Of a DNA stretch of 64,000 bases, positions 13,788-39,543 are shown piece after piece. The DNA is from Chrysomallon squamiferum (lineage: Eukaryota; Animalia; Mollusca). The notes beneath the pieces are model-generated. The model was not told the origin of the DNA. It searched no databases and saw nothing but the letters and a program-made list of their open reading frames with translations. How positions within the stretch are numbered: the stretch's first letter is position 1; every line of letters begins with the position of its first letter. Where the stretch lies: assembly GCA_012295275.1 (NCBI GenBank), contig CM022665.1, positions 21,700,001 to 21,764,000 on the forward strand, read 5' to 3'. The position numbers were made by a program, and so were the translations under genes.

Positions 13788-16051
13788 TCAGTCAAGTCTT
13801 TGAATATTTTCTTATTTTGGAGCTTATTTGGAGAATTTTTATATTATTCATGTACTTTCTATTCTTAAACATTTTAAATATAATAATTATATTTTTTTTG
13901 GAATATATTTATTTTTGTGATATGATTAGTCTGAAATTTTTATTTGTTATTTTATTGTAGTACTGATAACTACAAAGACTGGAGGTGTTACCTTCATCTT
14001 ACTGATGTCACCATATTTTTTATGATGTCTATAACTTAACCTTTATTTTTATTTTTTTCCTTTTTAATTGTAATTTTTTATTATTTTTATTTTATTTTTT
14101 TATGATCCTTCAGGTTACAAAAGGCTAACTTTAATTTTATCTTGTTCAATTTTTGGTTTGTTTTTTTATTATTATTATTTATTTTTTAATTTTATTTTTT
14201 TTCAAATTTTTTTATTAGGATAACCCATAGAGATTAATGGACATAAGTTAAAAATGGCTTTGTTTTTGAAGTGTACCTTTTGTACATGTAAAACAAGATA
14301 AGAATTAATTACTTAGTACATCTGGTTAACAACTTAGTAAATACACACAATAAACACCCTTGGTCAGATCTCAGAACTATTATTTTTAAAATATGAAAAG
14401 TGAAATTGTATTTTTTTTTTTTTTTTTGGTGTTTGTGTGTGTTTGTGTTTGCAAGTTTTTTTCTAAAGAAAAAATAACAGGAAGTAATGTTTATCTAAAC
14501 TCCCACCTAAGGTAATTAATAAATACATATTATTATTATTATTATTATTATTAAAGACTTTATTTGACAAATGTTGCAAATAAAGTAAAATAATGTATTG
14601 TAACGAAAAAATATTTTTTAGATAACCCTTTTATAAAGATTTGTTATAATTATCTTCAAAGGCTGCAATATTATTTTTATTTACATTATAATGACTCAAT
14701 GTACTGTTGTTGTCTCATATTTTTTACATTGTTGTTAAATGATATGTGTAGTGACTTGTTATTTTATTAGGCAATATACCTGTTACTGTCCATAATCTTT
14801 ATTGTTTAATTTTGTATTCAATACAGTAAGATAGACTGTGCTGTTGTAATTATATAAATGTTTAATTTCTACTTATATTTACCTTCATTAGTTTTTATTT
14901 TCCTAAATCATGAAATAGAACGTTTTTCATTTCTTTGTTTTTATATCACGAAATTGGACATTTTAAAAAACATTTTAAATTTTTAAACAGACTGGTTTTT
15001 TCCACTAGTTAAAATCATAATTTTTATTACTGAAAAATTACTGTATTTTAATTCTATTTTACGTATTTTGTTGGTTGAGGGTCATAAATGTAGAGAGTAT
15101 TACATATTCTTTAATGACTGTTAGGTACATGTAACATACACTATACTATTACAGTTTTTATATTTACAATTTATTTACTGCTCAATAATTAAGTTTTGAT
15201 ATAGCTCTGTGATTATTTTACATTTTGTAACATTGTTTTTGTGACATTTTGATGTATATTATATATCTTTTTACAACTGTTATATATCATTCATTTCTTT
15301 AGTTATTATGAATATTTGATTAGCAGACATACATTCTTAAATTATGAATACATACTTAAATTAATTGCACTTTGTTTTTGTTACCATCATCATTATCATC
15401 ACCAGTATTATTAAAGAAAATCTTATTAGAATGGCTGAATAAGCTGGTGAAACATACATCCTTTTAAAATTACACTTTTAACAATGTTATCCTCATTTAC
15501 TTCCACAAATACTTAATTAATTTCTCTTTAATTTGTATTTATTTAATTAATTTTTTTACATTAATGTGGCAAGAGCATGGATGTTTTTTTATTTTTATTA
15601 TTCATTTATTTATTGTTTTATATATATATATAGATATATGTGTGTGTTTTGTTTTTTTAAATTTAAATTCTTTTATCTTTTCTTTTTTATCAAGATGCAT
15701 TATCACTGTGAATGAAACCCAAAATAAAAAAAGCAAAAGTAAAAACTAACAAAAAAACAACACAAAAGTGAACAGTTTGTTAAAAGATATTTTTAATGTA
15801 TAACTAAACAGTTGATAAAAACTGCTGAACAAAGTAATATCACAACTAAACATGTACTTTAAAAACATGACACAAAGAAAACAAAATTTAATGACAAAAC
15901 AAACATCTTTGAAAGAAATTAACACTCAATGATATTGCTGTATTCATTCATCTACCTGCAACTCTTATTCACAGCCATAAAATAAATTATTAAATTAAAA
16001 TTAAAAATTGCAGATGTACTTAGGAACTTTTCCTACACTGATGTCCTGTAT

Positions 16052-26508
<10,457 letters not shown>

Positions 26509-27009
26509 ATCAGCGTTATGTTTCTGGAAAAAAAAAAAAAAATAATAATAATAATAATAATAATAAATCCATTAATTTAGTATTAAACTAGATTAACTTA
26601 AAGCTACTTCTTGTATGTACGTCTACGCAATAAAATTAATATTATAGTTAATAATATTGTGTATGCATTTCTAAGTGTATGGGTGATGTGTGCGTTTGTG
26701 TGCGTGATGTGTCTGTGAGTATGATGTGTGTGCATGTGTGTGGATGGATGGATGGGTGTGGCTGTTTGCAATTTTCTATTTCATTTAAATAATATCAACA
26801 AATGAATGGATAAGTATACGGATTAAAGAATAAATATTCTTTATTAGAACGAAACAAAATTGACGTAAAGTTAAAACTGCTTCAATCAAAATTGTTATAA
26901 AGGAGCTTGCTGCCAATTTAGATGATGTACAAATAACCACAAACTTACAACAAAGATATAGCGCGCGTACGTGTCCAGACAGGTTCACGGCCATTTTAAA
27001 GTCACCATC

Positions 27010-27017
27010 TGACGTCA
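27010..27017. promoter_or_regulatory. CRE palindrome TGACGTCA upstream of the putative non-coding first exon of paralog A (second copy 27343-27350)
   Basis: Exact motif match; candidate minus-strand donor gtaagt at ~26948. Function is inferred only. Confidence 0.35.
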
Positions 27018-27444
27018 CTGAAATGTCATAACGCATGTCGTTAAAATCTTAAGTCTGATTCGTTAGGCGTCATTTAGTCCTAAACAATGTCTTTCATGTT
27101 AAGATAAAAGAAAAAAAAAAAAAAAAAATAGAAGACGACGAAAGAAAAGAAAAAAGAAAGAAAAACAGAAAGAAAAGAAAAGGAAAAGAAAAACAAAAGA
27201 AAAAAAGAATTTAAACTACAATAACCCTTCAGAAATAACTACATACATAATACGACGTCAGTGTTAAAAAACCACAAAAAAAATACCCCTCTAAATAGTT
27301 TGTTTAAAAGGAATTAAATATGTAATTTTATAGAACTCGTGTTGACGTCAAAACATTACATTTATTTTCAGTTTGTTCTTTTGCCATTGTTACATAAATA
27401 TTTATTTATTTCAAAAATCTCGTACTCGAAAATAGTCTTTTTTC

Positions 27445-27477
<33 letters not shown>

Positions 27478-28716
27478 TTTTTTTTTTTTGTTTGTTTGTT
27501 TTGTCTATAATTTTATTTATTTATTTATTTTATTTTTTTTTTTATTTTATTTTATTAGTATGTTACACCATCTTTCGCGTGAGCACCAGCTGGTCCCGAT
27601 GTTTGAGAAACATCAAAAGTTAGTTACATTTTAATTATCTGCAATTGTTTTTTATTTATTTATTTATGCTTCTTATTATTTTTTAATACTACACTACTGG
27701 AACAAATCCTGTCTAATTAACAACAACAAAAAAAAAAACACAACACTTAGATTTATCTCACAAGAATTACTGAAATTCCATCAAAATTTTAACAACTGTT
27801 TGCACCACATAAAACTTTTTTTCTTTTTATATATATATATATACTGATACAAAATATAAAACATAAATAAAACCTATACCGCCAAATTAATTCAGTATTT
27901 CTATTGTCGCGTGAATAGAAGGTATCCTGCCTTTAACGGCATACTGACGTAGCAGAAATGATATTGTCACTGTTGCTGTTTATTGGATTTGTCGTCTGCG
28001 CCTTGACTGACGAGGAGTTCCGCAATCCTAATATGGAAAGTTTGAACGGATGGAAAGGTCGCGGAGCTGTGTGTTCGGTTACTGACGTCACGCACTCTGG
28101 AAGCCATGCTGTTAAGATAGCCCAGCTATCAAAAGTTTGTAATTTGTTAATTTATGATGTGACCACACATCAAGTAAGGCACTCAAAGTCACTCTCGTAA
28201 CAGTGATGTTGTCGCATAAAAGCATCCATGTTGCTGCTAGTTGTTTTTGTTTATTTTTTTTTGGGGGTTGTTGTTGTTTTTTTTCTGTTTAATTATTTTA
28301 ATTATTTTATTTTATTTTATTTTATTTTATTTTATTTTTATGGTTGCTGTTATTATTTTAATGATGATGATGATGATGATGATGATAATTCGTTCCGCAG
28401 TTACAAATCTGTTTCTCGAAGTTTCGAATTTTCGAGTCTATTCTGCTAGCGTAATTAAACAGTTGTGATATCATACGTATCTCATTAGCATGACCCAATC
28501 AGCGATCAGTACTAGTCACATGGCCAAAATGCTCATGGTAACACTATTTACATTTATATGCGACGATATCTTTGCTTTTTCGCGCCATCTAAAATTTTAT
28601 GCTGGTGACCCGAAGCGCCTGTTTGTAGCGTAACGTTGATATTTTAAGTAAGACAACGACACATTTTTATTTATGGCTGCATAACAAAACAGAAGAGTCA
28701 AATCAGAAAACCAAGT

Positions 28717-29502
28717 CGTAGAAAAAAGACGGAAGGATGGAATGAAAGATAGGAAATAAAAGATGGAAAAGATAGAAAGAAAAGAAAGAAAGAAAGATAG
28801 AAAAGAAAGAAGGAAGGATAGTAACAAAAGAAAGAAGGAAAGAAAGAAAGAAAGAAAGAAAGAAAATATTGAAGCAGCTTAAAGAATGAACAAAAATTAA
28901 TAAAAAAAAGAAAAGAACTAACGTTACAGAACGAAGCGTGGTACTATTTAAACGCAGCATTCTTTCAACTTTTATTCATAATAAAATATAAAATCGTATG
29001 TGTACTGCATGGATTAGCAGGATAAGAATTTCCATACTGAATTCATTTGATTACTGGCAATGCTCGGACCGGAGAAAGAAAAAAACAGAGAATACTGACT
29101 GACAGAAGAAAAAAAAAAAAAAAAAAAAAGCTTATGCGAAATATGTTCACTGATATATTTAGAGTCGCCTCCATTATGCGAGAAGTGTTCAATTCTATAT
29201 TTAGAGTTACTTTCCCTAATGTGAGAGGTGTTCACTGGTATTTAGAGTCGCCTCCCCTATGTGAGGTTTCACCTTCCATATGTGAGATGTGTTCACTGGT
29301 ATACATAGAGTTGCCTCCCCTTATGTGAGATGTGTTCACTGGTATTTAGAATCGCCTTTTTTATGTGAGATGTGTTCACTGGTATTATTTAGAGTTTTCC
29401 CTTATGAGATGTGTTCACTGGTATTTAGAGTCGCCTCCCTATGTGAGATGTGTTCACTGGTATTTAGAGATTATTATGTGATTATATATTGTTAGATTAA
29501 CG

Positions 29503-29537
<35 letters not shown>

Positions 29538-29898
29538 GAGTTGCCTCCCTCCCTATATATATATATGAGTTGTGTTCACTGGTATTTAGAGTCGCCTCCC
29601 CTATGTGAGATGTGTTCACTGGTATATTTGGAGTGGCCTCCCTTATGTGAGATGTGTTCACTGGTATTAAGAAAATAAGATAGAAAACTCGAATACAAAA
29701 GCTCAACTAAATAATCAGTGAGAGCAGAGTGTTTAAACTCATTAAAGTATTTCATAAATAAATTATGAAGAAATAGTAACACGTAGAAAAAAGACGGAAG
29801 GATGGAATGAAAGATAGGAAATAAAAGATGGAAAAGATAGAAAGAAAAGAAAGAAAGAAAGATAGAAAAGAAAGAAGGAAGGATAGTAACAAAAGAAA

Positions 29899-29929
<31 letters not shown>

Positions 29930-32847
29930 ATATTGAAGCAGCTTAAAGAATGAACAAAAATTAAAAAAAAAAAGAAAAGAACTAACGTTACAGAACGAAG
30001 CGTGGTACTATTTAAACGCAGCATTCTTTCAACTTTTATTCATAATAAAATATAAAATCGTATGTGTACTGCATGGATTAGCAGGATAAGAATTTCCATA
30101 CTGAATTCATTTGATTACTGAGAAAGAAAACAGAGAATACTGACTGACAGAAAAAAAAAAAAAAAAAAAAAAGCTTATGCGAAATATGTACACTGATATA
30201 TTTAGAGTCGCCTCCCTTATGCGAGAAGTGTTCACTTCTATATTTAGAGTTACTTTCCCTATGTGAGAGGTGTTCACTGGTATTTAGAGTCGCCTCCCCT
30301 ATGTGAGATGTGTTCACTGGTATTTAGAGTTGCCTCCCTATGTGAGATGTGTTCACTGGTATTTAGAATCGCCTCCCCTATGTGAGATGTGTTCACTGGT
30401 ATTTAGAGTCGCCTCCCCTATGTGAGATGTGTTCACTGGTATACTTAGAGTTGCCTCCCTTATGTGAGATGTGTTCACTGGTATTTAGAGTCGCCTCCCC
30501 TATGTGAGATGTGTTCACTGGTATACTTAGAGTTGCCTCCCTTATGTGAGATGTGTTCACTGGTATTTAGAGTCGCCTCCCCTATGTGAGATGTGTTCAC
30601 TGGTATATTTGGAGTGGCCTCCCTTATGTGAGATGTGTTCACTGGTATTAAGAAAATAAGATAGAAAACTCGAATACAAAAGCTCAACTAAATAATCAGT
30701 GAGAGCAGAGTGTTTAAACTCATTAAAGTATTTCATAAATAAATTATGAAGAAATAGTAACACGTAGAAAAAAGACGGAAGGATGGAATGAAAGATAGGA
30801 AATAAAAGATGGAAAAGATAGAAAGAAAAGAAAGAAAGAAAGATAGAAAAGAAAGAAGGAAGGATAGTAACAAAAGAAAGAAGGAAAGAAAGAAAGAAAG
30901 AAAGAAAATATTGAAGCAGCTTAAAGAATGAACAAAAATTAATAAAAAAAAAGAAAAGAACTAACGTTACAGAACGAAGCGTGGTACTATTTAAACGCAG
31001 CATTCTTTCAACTTTTATTCATAATAAAATATAAAATCGTATGTGTACTGCATGGATTAGCAGGATAAGAATTTCCATACTGAATTCATTTGATTACTGA
31101 GAAAGAAAACAGAGAATACTGACTGACTGAAAAAAAAAAAAAAAAATAAAAGCTTATGCGAAATATGTTCACTGATATATTTAGAGTCGCCTCCATTATG
31201 CGAGAAGTGTTCACTTCTATATTTAGAGTTACTTTCCCTATGTGAGAGGTGTTCACTGGTATTTAGAGTCGCCTCCCCTATGTGAGATGTGTTCACTGGT
31301 ATTTAGAGTCGCCTCCCCTATGTGAGATGTGTTCACTGGTATACATAGAGTTGCCTCCCTTATGTGAGATGTGTTCACTGGTATTTAGAGTCGCCTCCCC
31401 TATGTGAGATGTGTTCACTGGTATACTTAGAGTTGCCTCCCTTATGTGAGATGTGTTCACTGGTATTTAGAGTCGCCTCCCCTATGTGAGATGTGTTCAC
31501 TGGTATACTTAGAGTTGCCTCCCTTATGTGAGATGTGTTCACTGGTATTTAGAGTCGCCTCCCCTATGTGAGATGTGTTCACTGGTATATTTGGAGTGGC
31601 CTCCCTTATGTGAGATGTGTTCACTGGTATTAAGAAAATAAGATAGAAAACTCGAATACAAAAGCTCAACTAAATAATCAGTGAGAGCAGAGTGTTTAAA
31701 CTCATTAAAGTATTTCATAAATAAATTATGAAGAAATAGTAACACGTAGAAAAAAGACGGAAGGATGGAATGAAAGATAGGAAATAAAAGATGGAAAAGA
31801 TAGAAAGAAAAGAAAGAAAGAAAGATAGAAAAGAAAGAAGGAAGGATAGTAACAAAAGAAAGAAGGAAAGAAAGAAAGAAAGAAAGAAAATATTGAAGCA
31901 GCTTAAAGAATGAACAAAAATTAATAAAAAAAAGAAAAGAACTAACGTTACAGAACGAAGCGTGGTACTATTTAAACGCAGCATTCTTTCAACTTTTATT
32001 CATAATAAAATATAAAATCGTATGTGTACTGCATGGATTAGCAGGATAAGAATTTCCATACTGAATTCATTTGATTACTGAGAAAGAAAACAGAGAATAC
32101 TGACTGACTGAAAAAAAAAAAAAAAAAAAAAAAGCTTATGCGAAATATGTACACTGATATATTTAGAGTCGCCTCCCATTATGCGAGAAGTGTTCACTTC
32201 TATATTTAGAGTTACTTTCCCTATGTGAGAGGTGTTCACTGGTATTTAGAGTCGCCTCCCCTATGTGAGATGTGTTCACTGGTATACATAGAGTTGCCTC
32301 CCTTATGTGAGATGTGTTCACTGGTATTTAGAGTCGCCTCCCCTATGTGAGATGTGTTCACTGGTATTTAGAGTCGCCTCCCCTATGTGAGATGTGTTCA
32401 CTGGTATATTTAGAGTTGCCTCCCTTATGTGAGATGTGTTCACTGGTATTTAGAGTCGCCTCCCCTATGTGATGTGATGTGTTCTGGGTATACTTAGAGT
32501 TGCCTCCCTTATGTGAGAGATGGTGTTCACTGGTATTTAGAGTCGCCTCCCTATGTGAGATGTGTTCACTGGTATATTTGGAGTGGCCTCCCTTATGTGA
32601 GATGTGTTCACTGGTATTAAGAAAATAAGATAGAAAACTCGAATACAAAAGCTCAACTAAATAATCAGTGAGAGCAGAGTGTTTAAACTCATTAAAGTAT
32701 TTCATAAATAAATTATGAAGAAATAGTAACACGTAGAAAAAAGACGGAAGGATGGAATGAAAGATAGGAAATAAAAGATGGAAAAAAGAAGAAAGAAAAA
32801 AGAAAGAAAAAGAAAAAGAAAAAGAAAGAAGGAAGGATAGATAAAAA

Positions 32848-32879
<32 letters not shown>

Positions 32880-33811
32880 AAATATTGAAGCAGCTTAAAG
32901 AATGAACAAAAAAATTAAAAAAAAAAGAAAAGAACTAACGTTACAGAACGAAGCGTGGTACTATTTAAACGCAGCATTCTTTCAACTTTTATTCATAATA
33001 AAATATAAAATCGTATGTGTGTACTGCATGGATTAGCAGGATAAGAATTTCCATACTGAATTCATTTGATTACTGAGAAAGAAAACAGAGAATACTGACT
33101 GACTGAAGAAAAAAAAAAAAATAATAAAAGCTTATGCGAAATATGTTCACTGATATATTTAGAGTCGCCTCCATTATGCGAGAAGTGTTCAATTCTATAT
33201 TTAGAGTTACTTTCCCTATGTGAGAGGTGTTCACTGGTATTTAGAGTCGCCTCCCCTATGTGAGATGTGTTCACTGGTATACATAGAGTTGCCTCCCTTA
33301 TGTGAGATGTGTTCACTGGTATGAGATGTGTTCATAGAGTAGAGCCTGCCCCTTATGTGAGATGTGTTCACTGGTATTTAGAATCGCCTCCCCTATGTGA
33401 GATGTGTTCACTGGTATTTAGAGTCGCCTCCCCTATGTGAGATGTGTTCACTGGTATACTTAGAGTTGCCTCCCTTATGTGAGATGTGTTCACTGGTATT
33501 TAGAGTCGCCTCCCCTATGTGAGATGTGTTCACTGGTATATTTGGAGTGGCCTCCCTTATGTGAGATGTGTTCACTGGTATTAAGAAAATAAGATAGAAA
33601 ACTCGAATACAAAAGCTCAACTAAATAATCAGTGAGAGCAGAGTGTTTAAACTCATTAAAGTATTTCATAAATAAATTATGAAGAAATAGTAACACGTAG
33701 AAAAAAGACGGAAGGATGGAATGAAAGATAGGAAATAAAAGATGGAAAAGATAGAAAGAAAAGAAAAGAAAGAAAGAAAGAAGAAAGAGAAAGAAGGAAG
33801 GATAGTAACAA

Positions 33812-33843
<32 letters not shown>

Positions 33844-34846
33844 AAATATTGAAGCAGCTTAAAGAATGAACAAAAATTAATAAAAAAAAGAAAAGAACTA
33901 ACGTTACAGAACGAAGCGTGGTACTATTTAAACGCAGCATTCTTTCAACTTTTATTCATAATAAAATATAAAATCGTATGTGTACTGCATGGATTAGCAG
34001 GATAAGAATTTCCATACTGAATTCATTTGATTACTGAGAAAGAAAACAGAGAATACTGACTGACTGAAGAAAAAAATGAATAAAAAAAAAAAAAAAAAAA
34101 AAGCTTATGCGAAATATGTACACTGATATATTTAGAGTCGCCTCCCTTATGCGAGAAGTGTTCACTTCTATATTTAGAGTTACTTTCCCTATGTGAGAGG
34201 TGTTCACTGGTATTTAGAGTCGCCTCCCCTATGTGAGATGTGTTCACTGGTATACATAGAGTTGCCTCCCTTATGTGAGATGTGTTCACTGGTATTTAGA
34301 GTCGCCTCCCCTATGTGAGATGTGTTCACTGGTATTTAGAGTTGCCTCCCTTATGTGAGATGTGTTCACTGTATATTTAGAGTTGCCTCCCCTATGTGAG
34401 ATGTGTTCACTGGTATATTTAGAGTAGCCTCCCTATGTGAGATGTGTTCACTGGTATTTAGAGTCGCCTCCCCTATGTGAGATGTGTTCACTGGTATACT
34501 TAGAGTTGCCTCCCTTATGTGAGATGTGTTCACTGGTATTTAGAGTCGCCTCCCCTATGTGAGATGTGTTCACTGGTATATTTGGAGTGGCCTCCCTTAT
34601 GTGAGATGTGTTCACTGGTATTAAGAAAATAAGATAGAAAACTCGAATACAAAAGCTCAACTAAATAATCAGTGAGAGCAGAGTGTTTAAACTCATTAAA
34701 GTATTTCATAAATAAATTATGAAGAAATAGTAACACGTAGAAAAAAGACGGAAGGATGGAATGAAAGATAGGAAATAAAAGATGGAAAAGATAGAAAGAA
34801 AAGAAAGAAAGAAAGATAGAAAAGAAAGAAGGAAGGATAGTAAGAA

Positions 34847-34882
<36 letters not shown>

Positions 34883-35904
34883 AAATATTGAAGCAGCTTA
34901 AAGAATGAACAAAAATTAATAAAAAAAAGAAAAGAACTAACGTTACAGAACGAAGCGTGGTACTATTTAAACGCAGCATTCTTTCAACTTTTATTCATAA
35001 TAAAATATAAAATCGTATGTGTACTGCATGGATTAGCAGGATAAGAATTTCCATACTGAATTCATTTGATTACTGAGAAAGAAAACAGAGAATACTGACT
35101 GACTGAAGAAAAAAAAAAAAAAAAAAAAAGCTTATGCGAAATATGTACACTGATATATTTAGAGTCGCCTCCCTTATGCGAGAAGTGTTCACTTCTATAT
35201 TTAGAGTTACTTTCCCTATGTGAGAGGTGTTCACTGGTATTTAGAGTCGCCTCCCCTATGTGAGATGTGTTCACTGGTATACATAGAGTTGCCTCCCTTA
35301 TGTGAGATGTGTTCACTGGTATTTAGAGTCGCCTCCCCTATGTGAGATGTGTTCACTGGTATACTTAGAGTTGCCTCCCTTATGTGAGATGTGTTCACTG
35401 GTATTTAGAGTCGCCTCCCCTATGTGAGATGTGTTCACTGGTATATTTAGAGTTGCCTCCCTTATGTGAGATGTGTTCACTGGTATTTAGAGTCGCCTCC
35501 CCTATGTGAGATGTGTTCACTGGTATATTTAGAGTTGCCTCCCTATTGAGAGAGTTGCCCTGCCTCCCTATGTGATATGTGAGATGTGTTCACTGGTATT
35601 TAGAGTCGCCTCCCCTATGTGAGATGTGTTCACTGGTATATTTGGAGTGGCCTCCCTTATGTGAGATGTGTTCACTGGTATTAAGAAAATAAGATAGAAA
35701 ACTCGAATACAAAAGCTCAACTAAATAATCAGTGAGAGCAGAGTGTTTAAACTCATTAAAGTATTTCATAAATAAATTATGAAGAAATAGTAACACGTAG
35801 AAAAAAGACGGAAGGATGGAATGAAAGATAGGAAATAAAAGATGGAAAAGATAGAAAGAAAAGAAAGAAAGAAAGATAGAAAAGAAAGAAGGAAGGATAG
35901 AAAA

Positions 35905-35940
<36 letters not shown>

Positions 35941-38900
35941 AAATATTGAAGCAGCTTAAAGAATGAACAAAAATTAATAAAAAAAAGAAAAGAACTAACG
36001 TTACAGAACGAAGCGTGGTACTATTTAAACGCAGCATTCTTTCAACTTTTATTCATAATAAAATATAAAATCGTATGTGTACTGCATGGATTAGCAGGAT
36101 AAGAATTTCCATACTGAATTCATTTGATTACTGAGAAAGAAAACAGAGAATGACTGACTGAAGAAAAAAAAAAAAAAAAAAAAAAAAAGCTTATGCGAAA
36201 TATGTACACTGATATATTTAGAGTCGCCTCCATTATGCGAGAAGTGTTCACTTCTATATTTAGAGTTACTTTCCCTATGTGAGAGGTGTTCACTGGTATT
36301 TAGAGTCGCCTCCCCTATGTGAGATGTGTTCACTGGTATACTTAGAGTTGCCTCCCTTATGTGAGATGTGTTCACTGGTATTTAGAGTCGCCTCCCCTAT
36401 GTGAGATGTGTTCACTGGTATATAGAGTTGCCTCCCTTATGTGAGATGTGTTCACTGGTATTTAGAGTCGCCTCCCCTATGTGAGATGTGTTCACTGGTA
36501 TTTAGAGTCGCCTCCCCTATGTGAGATGTGTTCACTGGTTTGCCTCCCTATGTGAGATGTGTTCACTGGTATTTAGAGTTCCCCTATATGTGAGATGTGT
36601 TCCCTATATGTGAGATGTGTTCACTGGTATTTAGAGTCGCCTCCCCTATGTGAGATGTGTTCACTGGTATACTTAGAGTTGCCTCCCTTATGTGAGATGT
36701 GTTCACTGGTATTTAGAGTCGCCTCCCCTATGTGAGATGTGTTCACTGGTATATTTGGAGTGGCCTCCCTTATGTGAGATGTGTTCACTGGTATTAAGAA
36801 AATAAGATAGAAAACTCGAATACAAAAGCTCAACTAAATAATCAGTGAGAGCAGAGTGTTTAAACTCATTAAAGTATTTCATAAATAAATTATGAAGAAA
36901 TAGTAACACGTAGAAAAAAGACGGAAGGATGGAATGAAAGATAGGAAATAAAAGATGGAAAAGATAGAAAGAAAAAAAAGAAAGAAAGATAGAAAAGAAA
37001 GAAGGAAGGATAGTAACAAAAGAAAGAAGGAAAGAAAGAAAGAAAGAAAGAAAATATTGAAGCAGCTTAAAGAATGAACAAAAATTAATAAAAAAAAGAA
37101 AAGAACTAACGTTACAGAACGAAGCGTGGTACTATTTAAACGCAGCATTCTTTCAACTTTTATTCATAATAAAATATAAAATCGTATGTGTACTGCATGG
37201 ATTAGCAGGATAAGAATTTCCATACTGAATTCATTTGATTACTGAGAAAGAAAACAGAGAATACTGACTGACTGAAGAAAAAAAAAAAAATAATAAAAGC
37301 TTATGCGAAATATGTTCACTGATATATTTAGAGTCGCCTCCCTTATGCGAGAAGTGTTCACTTCTATATTTAGAGTTACTTTCCTATTGAGAGTGTTTAT
37401 TTTTTTCCCTATGTGAGATGTGTTCACTGGTATTTAGAGTCGCCCCCTATGTGAGAGGTGTTCACTGGTATTTAGAGTCGCCTCCCCTATGTGAGATGTG
37501 TTCACTGGTATACATAGAGTTGCCTCCCTTATGTGAGATGTGTTCACTGGTATTTAGAGTCGCCTCCCCTATGTGAGATGTGTTCACTGGTATACTTAGA
37601 GTTGCCTCCCTTATGTGAGATGTGTTCACTGGTATTTAGAGTCGCCTCCCCTATGTGAGATGTGTTCACTGGTATACTTAGAGTTGCCTCCCTTATGTGA
37701 GATGTGTTCACTGGTATTTAGAGTCGCCTCCCCTATGTGAGATGTGTTCACTGGTATATTTGGAGTGGCCTCCCTTATGTGAGATGTGTTCACTGGTATT
37801 AAGAAAATAAGATAGAAAACTCGAATACAAAAGCTCAACTAAATAATCAGTGAGAGCAGAGTGTTTAAACTCATTAAAGTATTTCATAAATAAATTATGA
37901 AGAAATAGTAACACGTAGAAAAAAGACGGAAGGATGGAATGAAAGATAGGAAATAAAAGATGGAAAAGATAGAAAGAAAAGAAAGAAAGAAAGATAGAAA
38001 AGAAAGAAGGAAGGATAGTAACAAAAGAAAGAAGGAAAGAAAGAAAGAAAGAAAGAAAGAAAATATTGAAGCAGCTTAAAGAATGAACAAAAATTAATAA
38101 AAAAAAAAGAAAAGAACTAACGTTACAGAACGAAGCGTGGTACTATTTAAACGCAGCATTCTTTCAACTTTTATTCATAATAAAATATAAAATCGTATGT
38201 GTACTGCATGGATTAGCAGGATAAGAATTTCCATACTGAATTCATTTGATTACTGAGAAAGAAAACAGAGAATACTGACTGACTGAAGAAAAAAAAAAAA
38301 AAAAAAAAAGCTTATGCGAAATATGTACACTGATATATTTAGAGTCGCCTCCCTTATGCGAGAAGTGTTCACTTCTATATTTAGAGTTACTTTCCCTATG
38401 TGAGAGGTGTTCACTGGTATTTAGAGTCGCCTCCCCTATGTGAGATGTGTTCACTGGTATACTTAGAGTTGCCTCCCTTATGTGAGATGTGTTCACTGGT
38501 ATTTAGAGTCGCCTCCCCTATGTGAGATGTGTTCACTGGTATACTTAGAGTTGCCTCCCTTATGTGAGATGTGTTCACTGGTATTTAGAGTCGCCTCCCC
38601 TATGTGAGATGTGTTCACTGGTATACTTAGAGTTGCCTCCCTTATGTGAGATGTGTTCACTGGTATTTAGAGTCGCCTCCCCTATGTGAGATGTGTTCAC
38701 TGGTATATTTGGAGTGGCCTCCCTTATGTGAGATGTGTTCACTGGTATTAAGAAAATAAGATAGAAAACTCGAATACAAAAGCTCAACTAAATAATCAGT
38801 GAGAGCAGAGTGTTTAAACTCATTAAAGTATTTCATAAATAAATTATGAAGAAATAGTAACACGTAGAAAAAAGACGGAAGGATGGAATGAAAGATAGGA

Positions 38901-39277
38901 AATAAAAGATGGAAAAGATAGAAAGAAAAGAAAGAAAGAAAGATAGAAAAGAAAGAAGGAAGGATAGTAAGAAAAGAAAGAAGGAAAGAAAGAAAGAAAG
39001 AAAATATTGAAGCAGCTTAAAGAATGAACAAAAATTAATAAAAAAAAGAAAAGAACTAACGTTACAGAACGAAGCGTGGTACTATTTAAACGCAGCATTC
39101 TTTCAACTTTTATTCATAATAAAATATAAAATCGTATGTGTACTGCATGGATTAGCAGGATAAGAATTTCCATACTGAATTCATTTGATTACTGAGAAAG
39201 AAAACAGAGAATACTGACTGACTGAGAAAGAAAGATAGAAAAGAAAGAAGGAAAGATAGTAAGAAAAGAAAGAAGGT
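28717..39277. repeat. Higher-order tandem array: 11 head-to-tail ~1-kb units (last partial), each containing a 40/42-bp minisatellite block
   Basis: Units start at 28717, 29782, 30763, 31745, 32732, 33696, 34736, 35796, 36909, 37914 and 38863 (949-1113 bp). Each unit is a GAAA-rich tract, ~170 bp unique sequence, (GACT)n plus polyA, alternating GTGTTCACTGGTATTTAGAGTCGCCTCCCCTATGTGAGAT (40 bp) / GTGTTCACTGGTATACTTAGAGTTGCCTCCCTTATGTGAGAT (42 bp), then ~115 bp unique sequence. Confidence 0.97.
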
Positions 39278-39279
39278 TC

Positions 39280-39327
<48 letters not shown>

Positions 39328-39340
39328 GTTAATGTAGAAA

Positions 39341-39419
<79 letters not shown>

Positions 39420-39458
39420 GTTAATGTAGAAATATAAAATCGAAATAATCTAGGAAAT

Positions 39459-39543
<85 letters not shown>

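Noticed and set aside
29140-38750. CRISPR-like appearance of the 40/42-bp repeats
   Set aside because: The monomers are contiguous with no unique spacers, there are no cas genes, and the context is an animal intron.
28597-39098. Recurring ORFs (MLRLNSTT..., ...SEHISHRGGDSKYQ) as a repeat-protein gene array
   Set aside because: They are translations of the satellite; frames shift between units with homopolymer length and no splice structure is conserved.
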